From the NCBI GenBank assembly GCA_040387495.1, contig JAZKDQ010000013.1, positions 21,289 to 85,288 of the forward strand: a DNA stretch of 64,000 nucleotides. The letters are read 5' to 3'. Numbering within the stretch: position 1 is the first letter of the stretch; every line of letters begins with the position of its first letter. Source of the DNA: Pseudomonadota bacterium (GTDB taxonomy: Bacteria > Pseudomonadota > Alphaproteobacteria > Paracaedibacterales > CAIOTO01). Shown in pieces: positions 29,433 to 38,647 of the stretch. The notes beneath the pieces are model-generated. The model had not been told where the DNA came from. It searched no databases and saw nothing but the letters and a program-made list of their open reading frames with translations. The translations under genes and the position numbers were made by a program.

Positions 29433-30635
29433 ATGTATGCACGTTTTCTTGAAAACAAATTGAAAGCCAGTCAACTTCCGGTCATTTTTATAAATGGTGC
29501 ACGCCAGGTAGGGAAAAGTACGCTCGTTAAAAAGATTTTTGAGAAAACCCATGATTATTACACTCTTGATAATCCTCAGATTCTTTCACTTGTACGTAAG
29601 GATCCCTTAAATTTTGTTCGCTTTGCACGAAACCCAATTATTATCGACGAGGTACAGCGCTGTCCTGAAGTACTGCTCGCTATAAAAACACTTGTCGATG
29701 AAAAAAGAATCCCCCAACAATTTATTCTAACGGGCTCTGTCAATATTTTACGCATAAGCGATGTTAGTGATTCTCTAGCAGGGCGCATGGGGGTTTATTC
29801 GCTTTGGCCTTTGTCGATGGAAGAAATTCTTGGAAAACAATCCGATTTTTTAGCAGGACTCTTTCAACAAAAAATATCGCTGGGAAATGCTGATACAAGC
29901 AATCTTGTTTTTGATATCAAAAAAGGAGGCTATCCTTTATCTCTTTTGTCTGAAAATAATGCTGATCGTGCAGAGTGGCATCGAACATATCTTGAGCAGG
30001 TGTTAGGGAAAGATATTCGCGATCTATCAAATATTGAGGGTTTGACGGAAATGCCCAATATTCTTGGGTTGCTTGCAAGTCGCGCTGGATCTTTGCTCAA
30101 TCTAAATGATTTATCACGTTCTCTTCAAATTCCTCATACTACGCTTAAACGTTACTTAAACCTTTTAGAAATGTCTTATTTATATTGCCCCTTGAAACCA
30201 TGGTTTACAAATTCAGGAAAACGTTTAATCAAATCAGATAAAATCTATTTAAATGATACAGCCTTGATAGAATCAATTCTTCATCGTGATATTGATAAAG
30301 ATCCTGCATTATTTGGGCATGTTTTGGAAAATTTTGTAGCAGCAGAATTAACGAAACAAATATCGTACAAACAACTACCTATCAGTTTATATTTTTATAG
30401 AACAATGACTGGTAATGAAGTGGATTTTATTTTAGAGGGTAAAAATGGTCAAGTCGTTGGTTTGGAAATTAAGGGGGCTTCTCAGTTTTCTCAAAAAGAT
30501 GTAAAAGGGTTACGTTTGTTGAAAGAAAGCCTTGGTGAAAAATTTACAATGGGGCTTATTTTATATCGGGGCACGCAAGTATTACCTATTGAAGAAAATA
30601 TTTATGCCGTCCCATTGTCATATTTGTGGACATAA
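29433..30635 (+). CDS. AAA-type ATPase with a C-terminal DUF4143 / PD-(D/E)xK-like domain (COG1373-type)
   Basis: 400-aa ORF with Walker A GARQVGKST and a Walker B-like IIIDEVQ. The C-terminus EVDFILEGKNGQVVGLEIKG fits D...E-x-K of restriction-endonuclease-fold domains. Confidence 0.85.
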   Translation: MYARFLENKLKASQLPVIFINGARQVGKSTLVKKIFEKTHDYYTLDNPQILSLVRKDPLNFVRFARNPIIIDEVQRCPEVLLAIKTLVDEKRIPQQFILTGSVNILRISDVSDSLAGRMGVYSLWPLSMEEILGKQSDFLAGLFQQKISLGNADTSNLVFDIKKGGYPLSLLSENNADRAEWHRTYLEQVLGKDIRDLSNIEGLTEMPNILGLLASRAGSLLNLNDLSRSLQIPHTTLKRYLNLLEMSYLYCPLKPWFTNSGKRLIKSDKIYLNDTALIESILHRDIDKDPALFGHVLENFVAAELTKQISYKQLPISLYFYRTMTGNEVDFILEGKNGQVVGLEIKGASQFSQKDVKGLRLLKESLGEKFTMGLILYRGTQVLPIEENIYAVPLSYLWT

Positions 30636-30678
30636 ACTGGACAAGTTTCCGTTATGATTGCAAATTTGTCCAGTTTTT
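30635..30678 (+). terminator. Terminator hairpin between convergent genes
   Basis: AACTGGACAA (30635-30644) pairs with TTGTCCAGTT (30666-30675), followed by TTT. Confidence 0.5.
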
Positions 30679-30696
30679 ACCTCTGAATAATAATGT

Positions 30697-32712
30697 CTAA
30701 ATATCCACATCTTTAAAGAATGGAGCATTCTCTTGAATAAACAAAAAACGAAATTCCGCATTCTTCCCCATCAAACGCACCACAAAATTATCTGAATCCG
30801 TCGCCTGATCAGGCAACAACTGCACTTGCAACAATGTTCGGTGCGCAGGTGACATCGTCGTTTGACGCAATTGATCCACAGGCATTTCACCCAAACCTTT
30901 AAAGCGACTGATCTCAACCTTACTATTCGATCGGAATTTTGTTTTCATAAACAAATCTTTTTCCGCGTCATCGCGTGCATATAAAACGGTACCACCATTC
31001 GCTAACCGATAAAGTGGAGGTTGAGCCAAATACACATAACCTTTTTCGATAATTGGGCGCATTTCTTGGAAAAAGAAGGTCAGCAACAACGATGCAATGT
31101 GCGCACCGTCCACGTCCGCGTCGGTCATAATAACAATCTTGTGGTAACGCAGTTTTGTCACATCGCAATTCTTGCCTACGCCGCAACCCAGCGCTAACGT
31201 CAAATCAGATACTTCTTGGTTCGCTTTTAACTTATCGAGCGAAGCTGTTGCAACGTTTAAAATCTTACCTTTAAGCGGCAATACGGCCTGCGTTGCTCGG
31301 GCACGTGCCTGTTTAGCTGACCCGCCTGCTGAATCACCCTCGACCAAGAAAATTTCGCATAGACTTGGGTCTGTTGATGTGCAATCGGTCAACTTACCAG
31401 GCAATCGCAATTTTCGCGTCGCACTTGCACGAGCAACTTCTTTCGCTTTTTTCTTACTCAAACGCTCATCAGCACGCATTAGCGTAACTTCTAAAATACG
31501 TTCAGCCAACTTTGGATGCCCAGACAACCAATGATCCAAATGATCTTTAATAGTATTTTCCACAAGGCGCGTTGCATTCTGGGAAGAAAGCTTTTCTTTT
31601 GTTTGCCCTTGAAACTGTGGCTGTGGGATAAAGCATGACAAAACTGCAATAACAGCGCCATTTACGTCTTCTGCCGTTAACGTTGATGTACGACGATTAT
31701 TAATACGTTCACCATAATCACGAATCGCACGCGTCAATGCAGCACGCAGACCTGCCTCGTGTGTACCACCTTGAGGGGTTGGAATCGTATTGCAAAACGA
31801 TACAATGCGCGAATCCTCACCTAAATCAATATCGTCTTCCATGATCGCTTGCGGCCACAACATAGACCATTCAACACGCCCTTGTTGATCAGGAAAATTA
31901 GCATCGCCGCTAAAGCAGTTTGTATCACTCAACACCAAGTCAGGTTCGTCTTTAATCAAATCACGTAAGTAATCGCTCAAACCATCAGGGTAAAACAAAC
32001 GTTGTTCACGTGGCACGCGATCATCTTTAATCAGTGATGGGTCACACGACCACATGATCTCAACACCCTTAAACAGGTACGCTTTCGCACGCGCCATTTG
32101 GTAGATATGCGCAGCCTTAAACGTGTGATTATCAAAAATTTCGGGGTCAGGATGGAATCTAATCGATGTACCTTTTTTACGCGTTGGCGTTTCATCTTGC
32201 GTTAACGTGGTAATTGGCTTCCCACGAGAGTAGTCCTGACGGTAGCGCACTTTATCACGGCACACTTCAACTTCGACTAAATCAGATAGCGCATTCACAA
32301 CAGATACACCCACACCATGCAAACCACCGGATGTACTGTATACGTTTGTATCGAACTTACCACCCGAATGGAGGGTTGTAAAAATGACCTCAAGCGCTGA
32401 CAGTTGCGGAAATTTTGGATGCGGATCAACAGGAATACCGCGACCATCATCGCGAATCATGACAACGTTATTCTTTTCAACACTGATTTCAATACGCTTT
32501 GCAAATCCTGCAACAACTTCGTCCATCGAGTTGTCAAGAACCTCGGCAACCAAGTGATGCATTGCTTTTTCATCTGTACCGCCAATATACATGCCAGGGC
32601 GCTTACGGACAGGTTCAAGCCCTTCAAGGACTTCGATGTCTTTCGCGGTGTAATCAGCTTTTGGCTTTTTCGCAAGCGGTGTTTTGGATTGGAATAGATT
32701 TAGTTCTGCCAT
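30697..32712 (-). CDS. parE: DNA topoisomerase IV subunit B
   Basis: 671-aa ORF with the GHKL ATPase (LEGLEPVRKRPGMYIGGTDEKAMHHLVAEVLDNSMDE), the Toprim motif (EIFLVEGDSAGGSAK, IMTDADVDGAHI) and a size and N-terminus typical of alphaproteobacterial ParE rather than GyrB. Confidence 0.88.
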   Translation of the reverse strand: MAELNLFQSKTPLAKKPKADYTAKDIEVLEGLEPVRKRPGMYIGGTDEKAMHHLVAEVLDNSMDEVVAGFAKRIEISVEKNNVVMIRDDGRGIPVDPHPKFPQLSALEVIFTTLHSGGKFDTNVYSTSGGLHGVGVSVVNALSDLVEVEVCRDKVRYRQDYSRGKPITTLTQDETPTRKKGTSIRFHPDPEIFDNHTFKAAHIYQMARAKAYLFKGVEIMWSCDPSLIKDDRVPREQRLFYPDGLSDYLRDLIKDEPDLVLSDTNCFSGDANFPDQQGRVEWSMLWPQAIMEDDIDLGEDSRIVSFCNTIPTPQGGTHEAGLRAALTRAIRDYGERINNRRTSTLTAEDVNGAVIAVLSCFIPQPQFQGQTKEKLSSQNATRLVENTIKDHLDHWLSGHPKLAERILEVTLMRADERLSKKKAKEVARASATRKLRLPGKLTDCTSTDPSLCEIFLVEGDSAGGSAKQARARATQAVLPLKGKILNVATASLDKLKANQEVSDLTLALGCGVGKNCDVTKLRYHKIVIMTDADVDGAHIASLLLTFFFQEMRPIIEKGYVYLAQPPLYRLANGGTVLYARDDAEKDLFMKTKFRSNSKVEISRFKGLGEMPVDQLRQTTMSPAHRTLLQVQLLPDQATDSDNFVVRLMGKNAEFRFLFIQENAPFFKDVDI

Positions 32713-32787
32713 GTGTGTTTGCTAACCGTTATATATTTAAATATGTAAAAAAAGATAATATGTGAACAACTCAAATGTAATTCTCAA

Positions 32788-32901
32788 CATCATCACGAGG
32801 AGCACAGCTCTGTAACCATCCAGAAGAATGTTCAAAAACATAAACACTGGCGGAAGAAAGTAATCTAGATTACCACGCCTTTTACACAGACTCGCAATGA
32901 C
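32788..32901. repeat. MITE-like palindromic element, copy 4
   Basis: The left arm is catcatcacgaggagcacagctctgtaaccatccag. The right arm in reverse is gtcattgcgagtctgtgtaaaaggcgtggtaatctag. A possible further degenerate arm lies at about 32925-32995. Confidence 0.7.
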
Positions 32902-33025
32902 AAAAATGCAATACTATTTAAACGTCATCAAATCATCTATTCTAATGTAGGGGAGACAGCTCGCCAAATCAAGTGGCGTGCAACATATTGACAATACTTT
33001 CAAGAAATACAATGTATTCTAAAAA

Positions 33026-33397
33026 TTATTCAGCAATTACACCACTAACCATCGGCCCAAGCTTACGGCCACCTAAAATGTGAATGTGATAATGCGGAAC
33101 TTCTTGCCCGCCATTAACACCGCAATTACTAATTTGCCGAAACCCAGTATCATACACACCAAGTAAGTCCACAACCTGTGCTACACCTTTGTAGAAACCG
33201 ACAATTTCATCAGCATTGGCATTTTTGTGAAAATCATGAGCATCGGTAAAAGCACCAGTTGGGATGACTAACCCATGAATAGGTGCGTGGGGTGCAATGG
33301 TATGAAATGCTAGAAAATATGCGTCTTCAGCTATTTTCTTGCACGGAATTTCGCCGCGTAAAATACGTGCAAAAACATTGGATGAATCGTAAGACAT
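33026..33397 (-). CDS. HIT-family (Hint-like) nucleotide hydrolase
   Basis: 123-aa ORF with IFARILRGEIP and the histidine-triad motif HYHIHILGG. Confidence 0.9.
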   Translation of the reverse strand: MSYDSSNVFARILRGEIPCKKIAEDAYFLAFHTIAPHAPIHGLVIPTGAFTDAHDFHKNANADEIVGFYKGVAQVVDLLGVYDTGFRQISNCGVNGGQEVPHYHIHILGGRKLGPMVSGVIAE

Positions 33398-33502
33398 AAT
33401 GGGTACTTATTATGTGAGTTCTTGTTGTAAAACCTACCATACCCGTGATTTAGAAAACAAGGGGGTGATAAAGAATCCTCTGTCCTTAAAAGTTAAAAAC
33501 TC

Positions 33503-33587
33503 ATCATCGCGAGGAACGTAGAGACGTGGCAATCTATGTATTTAAATAATCAAGATTGCCACTCCCCCATTGAGGGCTCTCAATGAC
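33503..33587. repeat. MITE-like palindromic element, copy 5
   Basis: atcatcgcgaggaacgtagagacgtggcaatct ... agattgccactcccccattgagggctctcaatgac. There is a perfect 10-bp inverted core (gtggcaatct / agattgccac). Confidence 0.7.
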
Positions 33588-33664
33588 AAATATAAGGTCA
33601 TTTTGTTAGTGAATTGCTATAGATCCCCTGATCACGTCCGGGGATGCCCCCAGTAAACGGTGGT

Positions 33665-35539
33665 TTATCGGGTCTTATTCAACAAATCTAAGCGTGCTTG
33701 AATTTGCTGTTTATCAACAGCTGAAATTCGATTGTCAGCAAGTAATTCCATCAGCAAGCTTGCCGCTTCTTCGCGTGCTCTGCTTGGCAAAATGGAAAAC
33801 GCATTACTTTCAAATAAAATGGCCAAATTCAACTTAAATTGATTAATTGTATCAACCCCTACCTTTGGATCGCTAATAATGCGCTTAATTAATGCAAGAC
33901 CTTCCATTTTACCGTCTATACCCGTATGTGGATCAAGTTGTTTTGTAATATACAAATTCGCAACAATCCAATGAATCTCGGCTCTTTGTTGAATAGACAA
34001 AGTGGTATCATTAATCAAAGACTGGTAGATTTTAAACGCAATCTGCTTTGATAATACGGGATCTTGATTAAACGCATTGATAACACAATAATGGGCTAAC
34101 TCTTTTTGATACACATAGTTTTGCAAAACATTAAGCTGAATTTTAGCAGGCAATTCTTGGTACATTTTTAATGCTTCTGCACGCGATTCAGTTGGCTTCA
34201 AATCCAATTTAACATTAATATAATGCTCTGCTAGCATCACATAATGATTAATACGTTCTTGTTCTCTTAATTTTGTCTCTGCAGCAAGCTCTTTCAAAAG
34301 CTTATGTGCCTCTTTACGTGCTTCTATTGGAGAAACATCAAACATATTTTCTAAATAATAATGTGCAAGTCTCTCTTTTGCTTTAGATCTTTTGGATATT
34401 GAAATTTTTTCGTTAGCAATGACTTCACGTAATAATTTCAAACGTTTTGTGTTTGTAATATCATCGTAAGGATTAACGATGCTCGCCAACAATATTTTAG
34501 CATCAGCACGCAGTGCATCACGCACAGTCTCATCCTCAAAAACATTTGTTAAAAGCTTAGTTGCTTTTTCCAATGCTACGTTTGCTGTAACATCAAATGC
34601 TAAGCTTACATAATGATGTGCCAATTGAATCTTTGCTCGTGACTTTGTTTCATCTAATACGGTTGAGTCAGCAATCACTTCTTCGAGCAAAGCAAGGGCC
34701 TGTTTCTTTGCTTGCGTCGGCTCAAGATCAAAACCGCCTAATAAATACAACTTCGCCAAGTGTCGTTTTGCCCAACCTCTAACATCAGGAGAATACAATG
34801 TGTTTTGTGTAATTGCTATAATACTACTAAGTGATTCAAGTTTTTTATCCTGAGGAAGAGCAGCAAAAGGTGACAACACAGTAATATCAACCAAATTGAT
34901 AATCGCTCGGGCTTTTAAATCAGGGCTAACTGGTATTTGGCTTAGAGCAACCTCTTGATAGAGACGCACAGCCTCTTTCCATGAATCGACTGCTGAAAAG
35001 TGTGTCCTGCGATTTCTATGATTATCAGCAATTTCAAGCACAGATTTTGCATGACGATCAATTTCTGTTTCTTGAACGACAGATGAAACTGGCTTATCAG
35101 TTACAGGAATAGGTGCAACAACAACTTGTGGCGCAGGCTTCTCTGTTATAGACGCCATTGCAGGCGCATCTTTTAGAGGTTTATCCTTTTTTATTGATGA
35201 TTTAACAACAGAATTTTCAATCTCAACTTCGTCTTTATCAGTAGCAAGGGCTGAATCAGACGTATCTTCTTCTATATCATCAGCTTCCAGCTTCACACCT
35301 TTTGCAGGCTTAGCCTTTTGACTAACTTTTGTTGTTTCTGTTTTGACAGTAGGTGCAGAAGCATTCGTCTTTATCGATGATTTTGACCCAGCCGTTACTT
35401 TTTTAGGTCTGACCACTGCATCAGCATTATCATCAGATACATTTACGGAGGGTGCAGCAAAAGAACCACTCCCACTCATACCAAGAACAATACCGCTAAC
35501 AACCAAAGGATTAAAGTGAGTTGGCCAAATCTTTTTCAT
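33665..35539 (-). CDS. Secreted protein with about eight tandem ~45-residue alpha-helical repeats
   Basis: 624-aa ORF with leader MKKIWPTHFNPLVVSGIVLGMSGSGSFA. The N-terminal region is K/T/S/P-rich. From about aa 250 a repeated pattern appears: [ST]xxxRxKAxxxLAHxYxxxxFDxxPxxAxxEAxKLLxE. Confidence 0.7.
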   Translation of the reverse strand: MKKIWPTHFNPLVVSGIVLGMSGSGSFAAPSVNVSDDNADAVVRPKKVTAGSKSSIKTNASAPTVKTETTKVSQKAKPAKGVKLEADDIEEDTSDSALATDKDEVEIENSVVKSSIKKDKPLKDAPAMASITEKPAPQVVVAPIPVTDKPVSSVVQETEIDRHAKSVLEIADNHRNRRTHFSAVDSWKEAVRLYQEVALSQIPVSPDLKARAIINLVDITVLSPFAALPQDKKLESLSSIIAITQNTLYSPDVRGWAKRHLAKLYLLGGFDLEPTQAKKQALALLEEVIADSTVLDETKSRAKIQLAHHYVSLAFDVTANVALEKATKLLTNVFEDETVRDALRADAKILLASIVNPYDDITNTKRLKLLREVIANEKISISKRSKAKERLAHYYLENMFDVSPIEARKEAHKLLKELAAETKLREQERINHYVMLAEHYINVKLDLKPTESRAEALKMYQELPAKIQLNVLQNYVYQKELAHYCVINAFNQDPVLSKQIAFKIYQSLINDTTLSIQQRAEIHWIVANLYITKQLDPHTGIDGKMEGLALIKRIISDPKVGVDTINQFKLNLAILFESNAFSILPSRAREEAASLLMELLADNRISAVDKQQIQARLDLLNKTR

Positions 35540-35741
35540 GAAAAATCATCCCTGCACATTAAGATAAAAATTATTTATAATTAATACTAGTTTCCAAGGA
35601 ATAACTCAAAATGTCAATGCTTGATGGTGGTTTTGGTGGAAAGTGAGAATAAATTGTAAAATTCACCTTGAAATTAATCTTCTTGATAACTATATACGTA
35701 TTATGGTCTATATAACTGATTAAATTAGAAAGAAAAAAATT

Positions 35742-36641
35742 ATGAAAAAGAGACTGCTTGCTATGATCTTATTTAGCATTATTAGCTTTCGTACAGATTT
35801 CGCTGCATCCACAGAAACTATTGATACTTCTAAAAAATCTTACTCTGCCGCATTTAATGTATTAGCTTATGGGGACATATTTGAGAAAAATATCAGTGTT
35901 GTAAAAATGAACAATGAATATATTAGTAGTGATTTTCAACATACTCATTCTATCGCAACATCCACTAATCCACTAAACTACTTAGTACGTCAAGATCCAG
36001 AAGTGGAAGGAATAGGATGCGGATATTTTGGAATAAACGCCAATAAAACAAATGGATATTTTAATGAATATTTCACAAAAACATCAACCGAAGATATATT
36101 GATCATAAAAGCTAGAGAAGATACTTTGACAGATGAACATATCTCTACATTAAATGCCTCACCTGCAAACATGCTGCTCCTTATTGCAGTGTATGACTCA
36201 AGTGATTTATCTCGATTCGAAGCAATTATTGACCAATTAAGCCCACGCATTAAATTTGCTTTAAGTGATCGTACAAAACTTGGCATTGACGCAGCGGCTA
36301 TTGAAAGAATTATTCTCAACCAAAAAATTGCTAATCTCTTTTATTTGGCATTACACAATTTAAATGATGAAAATGCAGCACGAATTTCACAGAGTCAAAA
36401 CTTTCACAATCTTGTGAATTTATCTGTATGCAGAAGCAACCTTAGTCAAATTGGCGCTTTAGCTTTAGCACACTCAGCGAACTTTCATGCCTTAGGACAA
36501 CTTGTTATTGGTAAAAAAGCTTTAGAAGAATTAACAATTGATCAGTACGTTGAACACATCTTTTTTAAAGATACTCTACAAAGCTTAGTTGTTTTATCGT
36601 ATGAGCCTGAATTTAAACAAGAGATTGTAACTTTCAATTAA
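35742..36641 (+). CDS. Secreted protein with an LRR-like C-terminal half; paralogue of 48505-49353
   Basis: 299-aa ORF with leader MKKRLLAMILFSIISFRTDFA. The segment LLLIAVYDSSDLSRFEAIIDQLSPRIKFALSDRTKLGIDAAAIERII...LFYLALHNLNDENAARISQSQNFHNLVNLSV is collinear with the other copy. Confidence 0.6.
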   Translation: MKKRLLAMILFSIISFRTDFAASTETIDTSKKSYSAAFNVLAYGDIFEKNISVVKMNNEYISSDFQHTHSIATSTNPLNYLVRQDPEVEGIGCGYFGINANKTNGYFNEYFTKTSTEDILIIKAREDTLTDEHISTLNASPANMLLLIAVYDSSDLSRFEAIIDQLSPRIKFALSDRTKLGIDAAAIERIILNQKIANLFYLALHNLNDENAARISQSQNFHNLVNLSVCRSNLSQIGALALAHSANFHALGQLVIGKKALEELTIDQYVEHIFFKDTLQSLVVLSYEPEFKQEIVTFN

Positions 36642-36677
36642 AGAATATTATGAGAGCGTCTTGCATGGCGCTCTCTA

Positions 36678-37847
36678 TTACCGATCAATTTCACCAAACA
36701 CGATATCCATCGACCCAATAATTGCGACTGTATCGCTAAGCATATGCCCTTTACATAAGAAATCTGTCGCTTGCAAAAACGCAAAACCAGGCGTGCGGAT
36801 CTTACATCGATAGGGTTTGTTACTTCCATCAGCAACCAAATACACACCAAACTCACCCTTAGGTGCTTCAACTGCCGAGTATACCTCGCCGGCCGGCACA
36901 TGAAAGCCTTCAGTATATAGCTTAAAATGATGAATCATTGCTTCCATTGAATGCTTCATTGCTTCACGTTTTGGCGGCACAACTTTAGCATTATCAGCCA
37001 ATACGGCACCATCTGGCATACCGTCTATACATTGCTGCACAAGACGCACACTTTGCCGCATTTCTTCGACCCGCACCAAATACCGATCATAACAATCACC
37101 ATTGCGGCCAATAGGCACGTCAAATTCTAGCTGATCATAAATTTCATACGGCTGCGATTTACGCAAATCCCACGGCACACAACTGGCACGCAGCATCGGC
37201 CCCGTCAGCCCCCAATCCAGTGCATCCTCTGGTGAAATAACCCCAATATCAACAGTACGTTGTTTGAAAATACGGTTATCCGTCAGCATCGTTTCCACAT
37301 CATTAATGACTTTTGGAAACCGCTTTATGAACTCGCCGATCTCGGCAAGCAAGCCATCGGGCAAATCCTGATGCACGCCGCCTGGCCGAATATAGGCTGC
37401 ATGCAATCTGGCACCTGACACCTTTTCATAAAAGCTCATCAAGGTTTCACGTTCCTCAAACACCCATAAGAACGGTGTCATGGCACCAACGTCCAAGGCA
37501 AACGTTGCAATATTCAACAAATGGTTCGCAATACGGGTCAGTTCAGAAAACATCACACGGATGTATTGCGCACGAAGTGGCACATCAAGCCCCAACAACC
37601 TTTCAATGCCTAATACAAACGCATGCTCTTGGTTCATAGGGGATACATAATCAAGCCGGTCAAAGTATGGAATCGCCTGCAGGTACGTTTTATTTTCAAT
37701 TAACTTTTCAGTGCCGCGATGCAAAAATCCAATATGGGGATCAGCACGCTGAACGACTTCACCTTCAAGTTCCATCACAAGTCTCAGCACCCCATGCGCA
37801 GCTGGATGTTGCGGGCCAAAGTTAAGCGTGTAGGTTTGCTGGGTCAT
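36678..37847 (-). CDS. nuoD: NADH-quinone oxidoreductase subunit D
   Basis: 389-aa ORF with [28 protein letters not shown] and a C-terminus of ...IVFGEIDR. Confidence 0.97.
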   Translation of the reverse strand: MTQQTYTLNFGPQHPAAHGVLRLVMELEGEVVQRADPHIGFLHRGTEKLIENKTYLQAIPYFDRLDYVSPMNQEHAFVLGIERLLGLDVPLRAQYIRVMFSELTRIANHLLNIATFALDVGAMTPFLWVFEERETLMSFYEKVSGARLHAAYIRPGGVHQDLPDGLLAEIGEFIKRFPKVINDVETMLTDNRIFKQRTVDIGVISPEDALDWGLTGPMLRASCVPWDLRKSQPYEIYDQLEFDVPIGRNGDCYDRYLVRVEEMRQSVRLVQQCIDGMPDGAVLADNAKVVPPKREAMKHSMEAMIHHFKLYTEGFHVPAGEVYSAVEAPKGEFGVYLVADGSNKPYRCKIRTPGFAFLQATDFLCKGHMLSDTVAIIGSMDIVFGEIDR

Positions 37848-38488
37848 ATGCCCTCCTTGCCAACGATTGCAGAAGTAGCCATTAAGGAAATCGGCATTTC
37901 AGGAAGCACATTATTACTAATTTCACCCTCCCACGGACTGAGAAAATCAAAACTACGATATTCTTGCTGCAACTTAACTGGCTCGTACACGACGCGTCCT
38001 TCTTTCTCGCAATACCTTACTTGTGTATATCCTGTCAGCGGAAAATCTTTTCTAAGCGGATGCCCTGAGAAATTATAATCTGTCAAAATACGCCTAAGAT
38101 CAGGATGCTGTGAAAACGGAATACCAAATAAATCCCAAATCTCACGTTCATACCAATTAGCACAACTAAATACTTGCGTCGTTGTTGGCACAGATGCCCC
38201 CTCCTCCACATTGATTTTTATACGCAATCGAATATTTTGCGAAAGACTGAGCAGATGATAAACCACCTCGAATCGTTGCTGACGTGTAGGATAATCCACA
38301 GCTGTAATATCAATAAGTTGCTTGAAATCGCATTTATGATGGTCGCTTAGAATAGTCAACACACGAACGATCGATGCTGGATAGACCGTTAATGTCGCTT
38401 CGCCTAATTGATAACGCGCAACTATAAAATCAGGTCCAAGAGCTTCCTGGAACAATGTTGATAGCTGATTAAAGCGAATGATGTCCAT
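37844..38488 (-). CDS. nuoC: NADH-quinone oxidoreductase subunit C
   Basis: 214-aa ORF with [29 protein letters not shown]. It overlaps nuoD by 4 bp. Confidence 0.95.
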   Translation of the reverse strand: MDIIRFNQLSTLFQEALGPDFIVARYQLGEATLTVYPASIVRVLTILSDHHKCDFKQLIDITAVDYPTRQQRFEVVYHLLSLSQNIRLRIKINVEEGASVPTTTQVFSCANWYEREIWDLFGIPFSQHPDLRRILTDYNFSGHPLRKDFPLTGYTQVRYCEKEGRVVYEPVKLQQEYRSFDFLSPWEGEISNNVLPEMPISLMATSAIVGKEGI

Positions 38489-38593
38489 GCAATCTTACCT
38501 TTTTAATGGATATAGATAGTATAGGGGGAGAGCTCTGATTTGGGAATGGATTAGTTTAGGTGAAAATTGAGTACAACGAAGCAGTAGTTCGAC

Positions 38594-38626
38594 AAAAAAA
38601 GAGAGCCATGCATGCTCCCTTTTTTA
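38594..38626 (-). terminator. Weak bidirectional terminator candidate downstream of pepA
   Basis: A7 - AGAGC CATGCAT GCTCC - T6. The stem is short and imperfect. Confidence 0.3.
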
Positions 38627-38647
38627 TTATCCCTCTGAAAAAAAATA

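Noticed and set aside
35540-35741. Search for a nuoD 3'-end duplicate upstream of the docked orphan 35742-36641
   Set aside because: The best match (aaaattcacc... vs caatttcacc...) was about 12 of 23 nt, which is indistinguishable from chance in AT-rich DNA.
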